Positions 1-7,843 of a stretch of DNA of 51,702 bases are shown piece by piece. A program made the position numbers and the translations under genes. The stretch lies in assembly GCA_045536065.1 (NCBI GenBank), contig JAZSMV010000031.1, forward strand, positions 1 to 51,702, given 5' to 3'. This DNA comes from Eubacteriales bacterium (GTDB lineage Bacteria; Bacillota; Clostridia; Oscillospirales; CAG-272). Under the pieces are notes generated by a model. The model searched no databases. It saw only the letters and a program-made list of their open reading frames with translations, and was not told the origin of the DNA. How positions within the stretch are numbered: the stretch's first letter is position 1; every line of letters begins with the position of its first letter.

Positions 1-115
1 ATCCCATCATTTAAAATGAGTAAGGTCACTTGTAGACTACGAGTTTGATAGGTCGCAGATGTAAGTACAGTAATGTATTCAGTTGAGCGATACTAATAGA
101 CCGAGGGCTTGAACT
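1..115 (+). rRNA. rrl: 23S rRNA, 3' end (truncated by window)
   Basis: GTAGACTACGAGTTTGATAGG...GTAAGT...ATACTAATAGACCGAGGGCTTGA matches the conserved 3'-terminal 23S pattern; followed by TTGTTCGGTTTTCT (~181-194), like the 3' strand of the processing stalk. Mature end approximate. Confidence 0.9.
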
Positions 116-231
116 GTTGTCTTGATAAAGACTCAACAGAAGCAAGTTCGCACATTTCCTTGAGCTTCGTTTCTTATCCTTTGTTCGGTTTTCTATGGGC
201 ATTTGTCCAGAAAATAAATATATACCGATGT

Positions 232-307
232 GCACCTCTAGCTCAGTTGGTAGAGCAACTGACTCTTAATCAGTGGGTCCAGGGTTCGAGTCCCTGGAGG
301 TGCACCA
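232..307 (+). tRNA. tRNA-Lys (anticodon CTT)
   Basis: 76-nt cloverleaf: acceptor GCACCTC/GAGGTGC, anticodon loop CT-CTT-AA, GGTTCGAG T-loop, encoded CCA. Confidence 0.97.
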
Positions 308-313
308 CTTTAT

Positions 314-389
314 TCCTCGATAGCTCAGTCGGTAGAGCGCATGACTGTTAATCATGATGTCACTGGTTCGAGCCCAGTTCGGGGAGCCA
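314..389 (+). tRNA. tRNA-Asn (anticodon GTT)
   Basis: 76-nt cloverleaf: acceptor TCCTCGA/TCGGGGA, anticodon stem CATGA/TCATG with loop CT-GTT-AA, encoded CCA. Confidence 0.97.
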
Positions 390-390
390 T

Positions 391-425
391 AAGAGTCTTG
401 TCTTGTACAAGGCTCTTTTTCTTTT
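391..425 (+). terminator. Intrinsic terminator after rRNA/tRNA transcript
   Basis: AAGAGTCTTGT/ACAAGGCTCTT stem followed by T-run. Confidence 0.8.
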
Positions 426-435
426 ACTCGCTAAT

Positions 436-471
436 GGCTCGAACATACAGTGACACCAGCTTAACAGTCAT
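436..471 (-). repeat. Degenerate inverted copy of tRNA-Asn (anticodon arm to T-arm)
   Basis: GGCTCGAAC (436-444), CAGTGACA (448-455) and TTAACAGTCAT (461-471) are exact reverse complements of 366-374, 358-365 and 341-351, in collinear order. Confidence 0.85.
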
Positions 472-595
472 TGTTCGCTATGCGAACTGACTGTGAAAGG
501 GCGGCTCGGAATAAAAATATATCTGATTACACTTTATGTACTAATTGCAAATTTCATCTCCTCGCTTCGCCCAATACCGCAAGCGGTATGCATGA

Positions 596-628
596 GTCAC
601 TGGTTCGAGCCCAGTTCGGGGAGCCATA
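596..628 (+). repeat. 33-bp direct repeat of tRNA-Asn 3' end (att-like)
   Basis: GTCACTGGTTCGAGCCCAGTTCGGGGAGCCATA identical to 359-391. Confidence 0.95.
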
Positions 629-771
629 GTTCCATATCGCTTCATAAGTAATTTTTGATGCAAAGCGAGTAAAACAACTAAATGTTAAGAAAACGGGCGC
701 AATTTCCGTCCAGAATTGGTAGATATGTTTGCAAATATATGCTATAATTTGAGGCGTAAGGAGGTATAGAT

Positions 772-1737
772 ATGAATTTAGGAAATGAAATTCACGAGTT
801 AAGAAAAAAACACAATTTATCACAAGAACAACTCGCAGAGAAGGTTGGTGTTGCGAGGCAGACGATTTCAAAATGGGAATTAGGTGAGACAGCACCAGAT
901 ATTAAGCAAGCTCAGATGCTTTCACAGATTTTTAATGTAAGCTTAGACAAGATGCTTGGCAATGATACAAAGGAATCTGTTAATATCCCACATGATTGTA
1001 AAAAGAAAAATATTGCGCCTTGGAGAAAAATCATTGCAGCAAGTGCCGCAGTACTCATTCTGTGCTTAATTATAGTCGGTATATTTAATGTTGTTCAGAG
1101 ATCACAAATTTTACATCCGGAAGGGGTAGAAGGACAAGTTGTTATTACTAGAAAAGATCCTATCATAATCGAAAAAGGTAGTTCGGACACAATTGTATTT
1201 TGCGAGAATAGCAAGCCGACGATATTATGTGAATTACCGGAAGGTTTTGTTGCAGATGCAGAGAGAGCCGGATTCTATACAGATGGAAATGGAAATTTTA
1301 TCAAGTTTAATGCGGATTATTCAGATAATGTTATGAATCCACTCTTGGGAACAGATTATTATTCATATTATGAAGCCGACGGATATCATTCATATATGGA
1401 CATGGCTAGAGCTGCTATGTATTATGATTATCCAAGGCTCGGTATCTTTTCTTCAATAGAAAAACTGCATTTAGCTGGAGGAGCACAGCTTTTACGTGAA
1501 CAATTATGCGCAGGACAGGATGCAGATTATTATGAAATAAATGGCGGTTTAACAGAAGGCGGAGACACGATGCGAATTTATGGATTTGCGCTTCATTTTG
1601 ACAATACCACTTGGCTGATAACCTTAAATGATTGTAATGATGTTTATTATTATATAACAATAAAGGATCCAAACGGAATCGGAAAAACTATCGACACGGT
1701 TGGAGAACTATTGAGTACCATTACTATTGCTGAGTAA
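772..1737 (+). CDS. XRE-family HTH protein with one TM helix and C-terminal domain of unknown function
   Basis: LSQEQLAEKVGVARQTISKWE HTH; hydrophobic IIAASAAVLILCLIIVGIF; AGGAGG RBS; extended -10 TGcTATAAT at 740-748. Confidence 0.85.
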   Translation: MNLGNEIHELRKKHNLSQEQLAEKVGVARQTISKWELGETAPDIKQAQMLSQIFNVSLDKMLGNDTKESVNIPHDCKKKNIAPWRKIIAASAAVLILCLIIVGIFNVVQRSQILHPEGVEGQVVITRKDPIIIEKGSSDTIVFCENSKPTILCELPEGFVADAERAGFYTDGNGNFIKFNADYSDNVMNPLLGTDYYSYYEADGYHSYMDMARAAMYYDYPRLGIFSSIEKLHLAGGAQLLREQLCAGQDADYYEINGGLTEGGDTMRIYGFALHFDNTTWLITLNDCNDVYYYITIKDPNGIGKTIDTVGELLSTITIAE

Positions 1738-1749
1738 ATGGTTAGAGTT

Positions 1750-1782
1750 AAAAAACGAGCTTGAAAATCAAGCTCGTTTTTT
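1750..1782. terminator. Bidirectional intrinsic terminator
   Basis: AAAAAACGAGCTTGA-aaa-TCAAGCTCGTTTTTT between convergent genes. Confidence 0.9.
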
Positions 1783-2427
1783 CTATGATATATTTTGTTT
1801 AATTGCTTCCTCAACAATCTCGCCTATTATTCTCATTCCATCCTCGTCTGGATGAAGGCCGTCGAGCGTGTTCATATAATAAAAATCATTGTTCAATCGA
1901 CTATTATAAAGATCGGCAATGAAAAAGTTCTCTCCGGCTTCTTTTACAGCGTTTTCTATTGCCTCGTTAAACATTTCTGCACGTTTTTTTAGGAAAATAT
2001 CTCTGTCAGGCATATTTACGCAGCATACCTTTGCTAAGGGAAAAGCTTCCTTTATTATTATAAGGGCATGAGCGTAGTCCTCCGCAAATACATTGACATC
2101 AACTCCACGTCCAAGGTCGTTCATTCCCATAAAAAGAATGATAATATCAGGCTTCTCTCCTGAGTCACGTGACAGATGATTGGCACGGTTTAGGCCTGCT
2201 GATTCATCACTTCTGCCGCTGAGGTTACCGCCGGACCATGAGTTGTTTACACAGAGGTTAAGTTCAAGATCATTTATTATGCGCATCCAATAGGTTTTCT
2301 CAAGTGGAAAAGGCTCTTTGTAATAGCAGGGATTAACGAGAAGAGTAGAGTTGGCGGAGGCATCATCGGATACGCCTTGATATGAAGAAATGCTGTCGCC
2401 GAGAATTGAAACAAGCTTTTTTGACAT
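1783..2427 (-). CDS. SGNH/GDSL-family hydrolase
   Basis: GDSI block I, GMND block III, DGLHP block V. Confidence 0.9.
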   Translation of the reverse strand: MSKKLVSILGDSISSYQGVSDDASANSTLLVNPCYYKEPFPLEKTYWMRIINDLELNLCVNNSWSGGNLSGRSDESAGLNRANHLSRDSGEKPDIIILFMGMNDLGRGVDVNVFAEDYAHALIIIKEAFPLAKVCCVNMPDRDIFLKKRAEMFNEAIENAVKEAGENFFIADLYNSRLNNDFYYMNTLDGLHPDEDGMRIIGEIVEEAIKQNIS

Positions 2428-2462
2428 ATATTAAGTGCCCCTTTCGTTTAGTTTTCCTATTT

Positions 2463-2491
2463 ATTATACTTCTTTTGTTTGATTCAGTCAA
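2463..2491 (-). promoter_or_regulatory. sigmaA promoter of GDSL gene
   Basis: TTGACT-17-TATAAT on minus strand. Confidence 0.7.
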
Positions 2492-2528
2492 GTGCTTTTT
2501 GCCTTTGTATCCGTTTGGGTGAATTGAC

Positions 2529-2572
2529 TGTCAAAAGGCGTTATTGACAAAAGACGTATTAAGCTGTATAAT
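2529..2572 (+). promoter_or_regulatory. sigmaA promoter with overlapping palindrome
   Basis: TTGACA(2544)-17-TATAAT(2567); TGTCAA-N9-TTGACA inverted repeat at 2529-2549 overlaps the -35. Confidence 0.75.
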
Positions 2573-2620
2573 TGAGGCAAAGAAACGTTTCGATGATGCT
2601 AGACTAAAAGGAGAAAATGC

Positions 2621-3658
2621 ATGAAAATAGGAAATAAAATAAGGCAGATGAGAATTAAAGCTGGACTAACCCAGGAACAGCTGGCTTCGAAGCTCGGTGT
2701 TAGCGGTCAATCCGTGTCTAAGTGGGAGAATGAAATCACTATGCCTGACATCTCGCTTTTGCCCGATATTGCCGAGGCGTTTGGTATTAGTATCGACGAG
2801 CTGTTTGATCTTACGGTTGAGCAAAAGCTTAAGCGCATAGAGAACCGTATTGAAATTGAAACGGAAATTTCAGAGTCCTCGTTTAACGAATATGAGTCTT
2901 TTTTGAAAGAGCAGCTTTCTGAAAATTCCAATAGGGCAGAAGTTCTTTCGCTGCTTGCGAATCTTTATCATCACCGCATGGAATCTGACGGTTGCAAGGT
3001 AAGTAAATACTCGAGAGAAGCCATCCTTCTTAATCCTGCTAAAAAGGATTGTCAATGGTTGCTTACCAAAGCGGAAGGGCACGCCGTTTGGGATTGGAAT
3101 ATTGCAAATCATTCCGCTGCTATTGATTTTTACAAGGAGGTTATTGATGCAGATAAGATCACACCTAAAACGCCCCTTCCATACTACTATCTGATCGATA
3201 ATCTTCTGGCTGATAACAGAACCGCTGAGGCAGAGCAATATTTAAAGGTGATTGAAAAGCTTCCTTCGACAAATCCTGTGCTGATAATCGTTTATAGGGC
3301 GTATATTGCTCTTGCAGATCATAAGGTTGAGGTTGCGGATGAAATAATCTCAAGTTGCGCAAGAGAGAATCCCGATGATCCCGTATATCTTTTCGAAGCG
3401 GCGCAATATTATGCGAGAAAATGCGAATATGAAAAGGCTATCGATTATTACGAGCGTGCGTGGAAAAATGAGAAAAAGCCAAGGTACACCGACGCATTGC
3501 AGGGAATAGCAACAATACATAAAATTCTCGGTAACAAGAAAGCGGCGGCAGATGCTTATGACCGTATTTTGGGGTGCCTAGTGGAAGAATGGGGATATTC
3601 TAAAGAGGATAAGCCTTATATAGAAACAGAGCGTGAAAAATCGATTGCTATAAAATAA
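2621..3658 (+). CDS. XRE-family HTH regulator with C-terminal TPR-like repeats
   Basis: LTQEQLASKLGVSGQSVSKWE HTH; helical repeats such as YEKAIDYYERA and KAAADAYDRIL. Confidence 0.85.
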   Translation: MKIGNKIRQMRIKAGLTQEQLASKLGVSGQSVSKWENEITMPDISLLPDIAEAFGISIDELFDLTVEQKLKRIENRIEIETEISESSFNEYESFLKEQLSENSNRAEVLSLLANLYHHRMESDGCKVSKYSREAILLNPAKKDCQWLLTKAEGHAVWDWNIANHSAAIDFYKEVIDADKITPKTPLPYYYLIDNLLADNRTAEAEQYLKVIEKLPSTNPVLIIVYRAYIALADHKVEVADEIISSCARENPDDPVYLFEAAQYYARKCEYEKAIDYYERAWKNEKKPRYTDALQGIATIHKILGNKKAAADAYDRILGCLVEEWGYSKEDKPYIETEREKSIAIK

Positions 3659-3662
3659 TATA

Positions 3663-3688
3663 AAAAAGGCGGGTTTTCTCGCCTTTTT
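3663..3688 (+). terminator. Intrinsic terminator
   Basis: AAAAAGGCGGG-tttt-CTCGCCTTTTT. Confidence 0.8.
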
Positions 3689-3691
3689 CTA

Positions 3692-3741
3692 TTGACAAAC
3701 TCCTGTTCGTATGTTATAATAAGCTAACGAACTCCTGTTCG
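3692..3741 (+). promoter_or_regulatory. Consensus sigmaA promoter with two LexA (Cheo-type) boxes
   Basis: TTGACA-17-TATAAT with TG extension; CAAACTCCTGTTCG (3696-3709) and perfect CGAAC-N4-GTTCG (3728-3741). Confidence 0.9.
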
Positions 3742-3769
3742 CCCCCACGAAAAATTAAGGAGATTTATT

Positions 3770-4414
3770 ATGAGACCTAAAAATGACGAGAGAAAAATGG
3801 AGGTTTATCGCTTCGTTACCGATTTTATGAAGGAGCGTGGCGTTTGCCCTACCACCCAGGAGATTGGCGATACGCTTGGAATGGCTAAATCCACTGTTTC
3901 AAAGTATATGAACAGACTTATGGATGACGGGCTTATTGAGAAATACGGCAGATATCAGACTGTTGTTGCCGATTCGCCTGTTCTTCCTTCAGATTACGTT
4001 ATGATGCCGGTTGTTGGCTCTATTGCTTGCGGTCAGCCTGTTCTTGCAATCGAAGAGGTTGAGGAATATATTCCTATTAACGTTGGTCTGCTCGGTTATG
4101 GCGAATATTTCGGACTTATTGCCCGTGGCGATTCTATGATCGAGGCAGGAATCAATGACGGAGATACCGTGTACGTTCGTAAGCAGAATACCGCTATCGA
4201 CGGTGAGATCGTTGTTGCTATGGTTGAGGATGAATTTTCTGACGGATGGAGCGCAACACTTAAGAGGTTTTACCGTGATATGAAGAACGGCAGATATATT
4301 CTTCATCCCGAGAATCCTACTCTTGATGACATAGTGGTCGACAAGGTACACGTTGTTGGCGTGGCTGTACGAGTGCTTAAGAATCTTGAAGCGAGCAAGA
4401 GAAGATTTTGCTAA
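3770..4414 (+). CDS. lexA: LexA-family repressor (S24 autopeptidase)
   Basis: N-terminal HTH, IACGQP cleavage loop, GDSM serine, TLKRF lysine; autoregulatory boxes upstream. May be a paralog. Confidence 0.85.
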   Translation: MRPKNDERKMEVYRFVTDFMKERGVCPTTQEIGDTLGMAKSTVSKYMNRLMDDGLIEKYGRYQTVVADSPVLPSDYVMMPVVGSIACGQPVLAIEEVEEYIPINVGLLGYGEYFGLIARGDSMIEAGINDGDTVYVRKQNTAIDGEIVVAMVEDEFSDGWSATLKRFYRDMKNGRYILHPENPTLDDIVVDKVHVVGVAVRVLKNLEASKRRFC

Positions 4415-4440
4415 AAATAAAAATGGAGGGTAAATTATTT

Positions 4441-6468
4441 ATGAAAAGAATTTTGGCCCTGGTTACAATTATTTTTGTATGTCTTCTGATCACAGGCTGT
4501 GAGCTTTTGTTTGGAGGATATGAGGAACACACCTGCGCCTTTACCGATTGGGAAGTCGTCGAGGAGGCAACCTGCGAGGATGCAGGTGAGGAGGAACGAT
4601 ATTGCGTAATATGTTACGAAACAGAAACACGTACCGTTCCAAAGCTTTCACACACTCCTGCAGATTATGAGGCGATAGCTCCCACCTGCACCGAAAAGGG
4701 AAGCACTGCGGGTAAATATTGCTCGGAGTGTATGGTTATTCTTTCGGGCATTGAGGAGCTTGAGGCTACCGGACATAAGGAGGTTATTGATCCTGCAATT
4801 CCTGTTACCGATGATGCTCCCGGAAGGACCGAGGGTAAGCATTGCTCCACCTGCGGCGAGATCCTGGTAAAGCAGCTTTCTATATTCTCGGGAAATTATT
4901 CTAATCCTGAAAAGTATCACGGGGACTATGCCTACGAGTCGCTTCTGCTTCTTACAAACGGCGAGGAAATGGCTGAGTTCTACCGTGAGATTGACCTTGC
5001 TGCCGCTGAATTCCATTCTTCGCTTAACGATGCTCAAACGAAGAAAAATGGCGGAAACGATATTTATTATATGGCAGAAATATGCTATTCGGATAATGGA
5101 ATAACAGGCGAGGAGGCGATCTCCGCCTGGTGCGCCTATGTAAAGGATCATCCTCTTTATTATTGGATGTCCTCAAAGCTTACATATTCCGATCAGCAGA
5201 TTACTATTATTGTAGATGACGAGTATATTGACGGGGATGTGCGTGAGCAGATCAATGCCGATATATATAATGCCGTTGAGGAGTATATACTTTCGCTTGA
5301 GGGTGAGGGCAGTGCTTATGGCATCACTCTTGGATTCCATGATGTGATAATCAAAAATGCCGATTATGCTTACGAAGCGGACGGTGTAACTCCCTCCGAT
5401 AAGAATTCTGCCCATAATATTCTTGGAGTGCTTCTTGAGGGCGAGGGCGTTTGCGAATCCTATGCAAAGGCATTCCAGCTTTTACTTAACTATTGCGGTA
5501 TCGAAAACATTTTCGTTACAGGATATTCGGGTGAAAACCACGCCTGGAACCTTGTTCAGCTTGATGACGGTCAGTGGTATTGGTACGATCTTACCTGGGA
5601 TGATCAGCCCTCAAGAATGATGGGAGTTCGGCACAACTATTTCTGTGTTACCGATGATTCTATCGTTGATTGGTATGACGGTGGAATTGAGGGTGACACC
5701 GCATTTATCGAGGATCACACTCCCAATGCTGCGGGTGGCACCGGGGTAAACTATACCTATGAGCTTCCCGAGCGTGCAGATAGTCCCTATGATTATGACG
5801 GTTTGATGCTTCGTGATGAGATTATTATGCAGAGCGGCCTTTCCTACGTTCTTGTAGGCTTTAAGTCGCTTGCTCTTATTAAGATCGAGGCAGAGGGAGA
5901 TGTTGTTATTCCCGAGATGCTTACCTACGGTGGCGACGAATATTCCGTTGTCGCAATCGGTAGCTATGATGAGGAGAACGGACTGCTTGGCTCGGGTTCA
6001 ATTATTGATTATGATTCAACAAATAGGGTACACCTTGACGTGACCGCTATAAGCATTCCCGAAAAGGTTGAGTTCATCTGGGATTTTGCATTCGATAAGT
6101 GCTATACTATTGAGAGCTATACTGTTAACGAAAACAATCAGCATTTTGCTTCTCTTGACGGAGTTCTTTTCACAAAGTCGCTTTATACCTTGGTTAAGTA
6201 TCCTCTTGCGAAGAATCTGAGCTCTTATACCGTACCCGAGGCAACCGTTGAGATCGCCTTTAATGCCTTCGGCGACGGTGGAAACGTATTCTGTCCCGAG
6301 TATCTTGACACTCTTACAATTCCTTCAAACGTAGAGGTTATCGGCGCAACGGGAGGAAACCGTGGCTTCCGTAATGCACGACCCGACAAGCCTTCTGAGG
6401 TCACTATGATCGCAGGCTATGAGGAAAGACTGGTTTCTATGTTAGGCTTTGGCCTCAGAATTGAATGA
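4441..6468 (+). CDS. Lipoprotein with Cys/His repeats, transglutaminase-like domain and BspA-type LRR region
   Basis: Lipobox LITGC; repeated (A/P)TC..G..CxxC..H units; GVCESYA/HAWN/YDLTWDD; IPEKVEFIWDFAF..DGVLF LRR. Start moved to ATG 4441 (GGAGG RBS). Confidence 0.8.
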   Translation: MKRILALVTIIFVCLLITGCELLFGGYEEHTCAFTDWEVVEEATCEDAGEEERYCVICYETETRTVPKLSHTPADYEAIAPTCTEKGSTAGKYCSECMVILSGIEELEATGHKEVIDPAIPVTDDAPGRTEGKHCSTCGEILVKQLSIFSGNYSNPEKYHGDYAYESLLLLTNGEEMAEFYREIDLAAAEFHSSLNDAQTKKNGGNDIYYMAEICYSDNGITGEEAISAWCAYVKDHPLYYWMSSKLTYSDQQITIIVDDEYIDGDVREQINADIYNAVEEYILSLEGEGSAYGITLGFHDVIIKNADYAYEADGVTPSDKNSAHNILGVLLEGEGVCESYAKAFQLLLNYCGIENIFVTGYSGENHAWNLVQLDDGQWYWYDLTWDDQPSRMMGVRHNYFCVTDDSIVDWYDGGIEGDTAFIEDHTPNAAGGTGVNYTYELPERADSPYDYDGLMLRDEIIMQSGLSYVLVGFKSLALIKIEAEGDVVIPEMLTYGGDEYSVVAIGSYDEENGLLGSGSIIDYDSTNRVHLDVTAISIPEKVEFIWDFAFDKCYTIESYTVNENNQHFASLDGVLFTKSLYTLVKYPLAKNLSSYTVPEATVEIAFNAFGDGGNVFCPEYLDTLTIPSNVEVIGATGGNRGFRNARPDKPSEVTMIAGYEERLVSMLGFGLRIE

Positions 6469-6482
6469 TATTCTTAAAAATT

Positions 6483-6517
6483 AAAAGCAGATTGCCACCG
6501 GGCAATCTGCTTTTTTT
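6483..6517. terminator. Bidirectional intrinsic terminator
   Basis: AAAAGCAGATTGCC-accg-GGCAATCTGCTTTT. Confidence 0.9.
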
Positions 6518-7061
6518 ATAGCTCTATCCAGAATCTTTTAAAATATGCCTTCTCGTCAGGCTCGAAAATCGTTGATTCGTATACACCACCGCAGGAAAGA
6601 ATAGTCTTTTCGCTTGCTATGTTCGTATCATAGCAGGTTATGAGCACACGGTCAAGCCCGAGATCACGGCAGAAGGCAAGCGCCTCTGTTAGCATCTGCT
6701 TTGCATATCCCTTACGTCTTTCGCTGGGTCTTACCGAATAACCGATGTGACCGCCGAATTTTGATAGGTAGTCATTAAAGTAATGCCTTATCTGAAGCAG
6801 ACCTAAAAGTCGGCGCTCATCCTCCGAAACAAGCATAAGCTGTGTAGCGGGGACACGTCCCTCATATATGCGATCCTTTGCCATAGTCTCAAGGCTCTCG
6901 CAGTTTATACTCCATTCGACGTATTCATAGGGGTCGTCGATCCTGCGAAGGGCACCGCAGCCATCCATAGAATCTCCCGCATCAATAAACTCATCTTTAT
7001 ATGCTTTTATTTCATCGGCATAATCTGCCGATATTTTCATAAGTTTTATATTCTGCCTCAA
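6516..7061 (-). CDS. GNAT-family acetyltransferase
   Basis: GHIGYSVRPSERRKGYAK acetyl-CoA motif, NIASEKTI; TTG start with AGGAG RBS. Confidence 0.9.
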   Translation of the reverse strand: MRQNIKLMKISADYADEIKAYKDEFIDAGDSMDGCGALRRIDDPYEYVEWSINCESLETMAKDRIYEGRVPATQLMLVSEDERRLLGLLQIRHYFNDYLSKFGGHIGYSVRPSERRKGYAKQMLTEALAFCRDLGLDRVLITCYDTNIASEKTILSCGGVYESTIFEPDEKAYFKRFWIEL

Positions 7062-7062
7062 A

Positions 7063-7830
7063 TTAAATCTCCTTTACCAACTCTTTGCATATCTCTATCA
7101 TTGAGTATCGAATACTTCCTCTGTCACGCCAACGCCTTGAATCCCAGGTGCTGCCGGATACGTCGTCCCCACCGTAGATCAGGGCGCCGTATTTGATTTT
7201 GCGGAATTCTGCTACTGCAAGGCAGCCCGCCTGTTCCATTTCAACTATCCGTGCTCCCTCCTCCTTGCGCAGAGCAATTCTGTCCTTGGTCTCACGGTAG
7301 AAGGCATCTGTGGTCCATACGATTCCACAGGTGTAGGGAATTCCGTGGCTTTCCAGGTAACTGCAAATCACCTCACGCACGCCCGCTTCTGAATACACTA
7401 TTCTTGAGGGCTCAAGGTAGTGATAGGAAAAGCCCTCGTCACGAATTGCACCCTCAACCACAAGCAGCTCACCGACACCGATATTCTTGTCAAGCACTCC
7501 ACCGCCACCGCAGAACATGACCTTACTAATTCCGCATCCGGTCAGCTCGTCAAGATATCCGCCCGTTGCCGCACAGCCGATTATTCCGTGCATAAGAAGC
7601 ACGCCATCGTCTACAAACTTGTAGAGCACAAGGTCGTTTTCGCCTTTAATTACCTTATGTACTTCTATTTTACCCTCGTCAAGCAGAGTGTTGATCGCTT
7701 CCTTGAAAAAGCTGATTATCAGCTTGTCCGTTTCTAATTTACCGTGCACCTCGCCGAACATCTGCGGAGTTATCAGCGCACTTTTATCATCATCAAATTC
7801 AAGTATTGGAAACTCGTTTTTTCTAATCAT
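7063..7830 (-). CDS. Nucleoside phosphorylase (PNP/UDP family)
   Basis: RDEG, WTTDAFYRET, VEME motifs; start set at MIRKNEF. Confidence 0.88.
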   Translation of the reverse strand: MIRKNEFPILEFDDDKSALITPQMFGEVHGKLETDKLIISFFKEAINTLLDEGKIEVHKVIKGENDLVLYKFVDDGVLLMHGIIGCAATGGYLDELTGCGISKVMFCGGGGVLDKNIGVGELLVVEGAIRDEGFSYHYLEPSRIVYSEAGVREVICSYLESHGIPYTCGIVWTTDAFYRETKDRIALRKEEGARIVEMEQAGCLAVAEFRKIKYGALIYGGDDVSGSTWDSRRWRDRGSIRYSMIEICKELVKEI

Positions 7831-7843
7831 TCCGTTTTCTCTC

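Noticed and set aside
26-351. Short ORFs 26-235 and 109-351
   Set aside because: They overlap the 23S rRNA and tRNA genes.
772-4414. Cluster of two XRE genes and an S24 repressor near a tRNA as a prophage remnant
   Set aside because: No integrase, replication or structural genes; the S24 protein has LexA-type operators; each gene has ordinary chromosomal promoter/terminator units.
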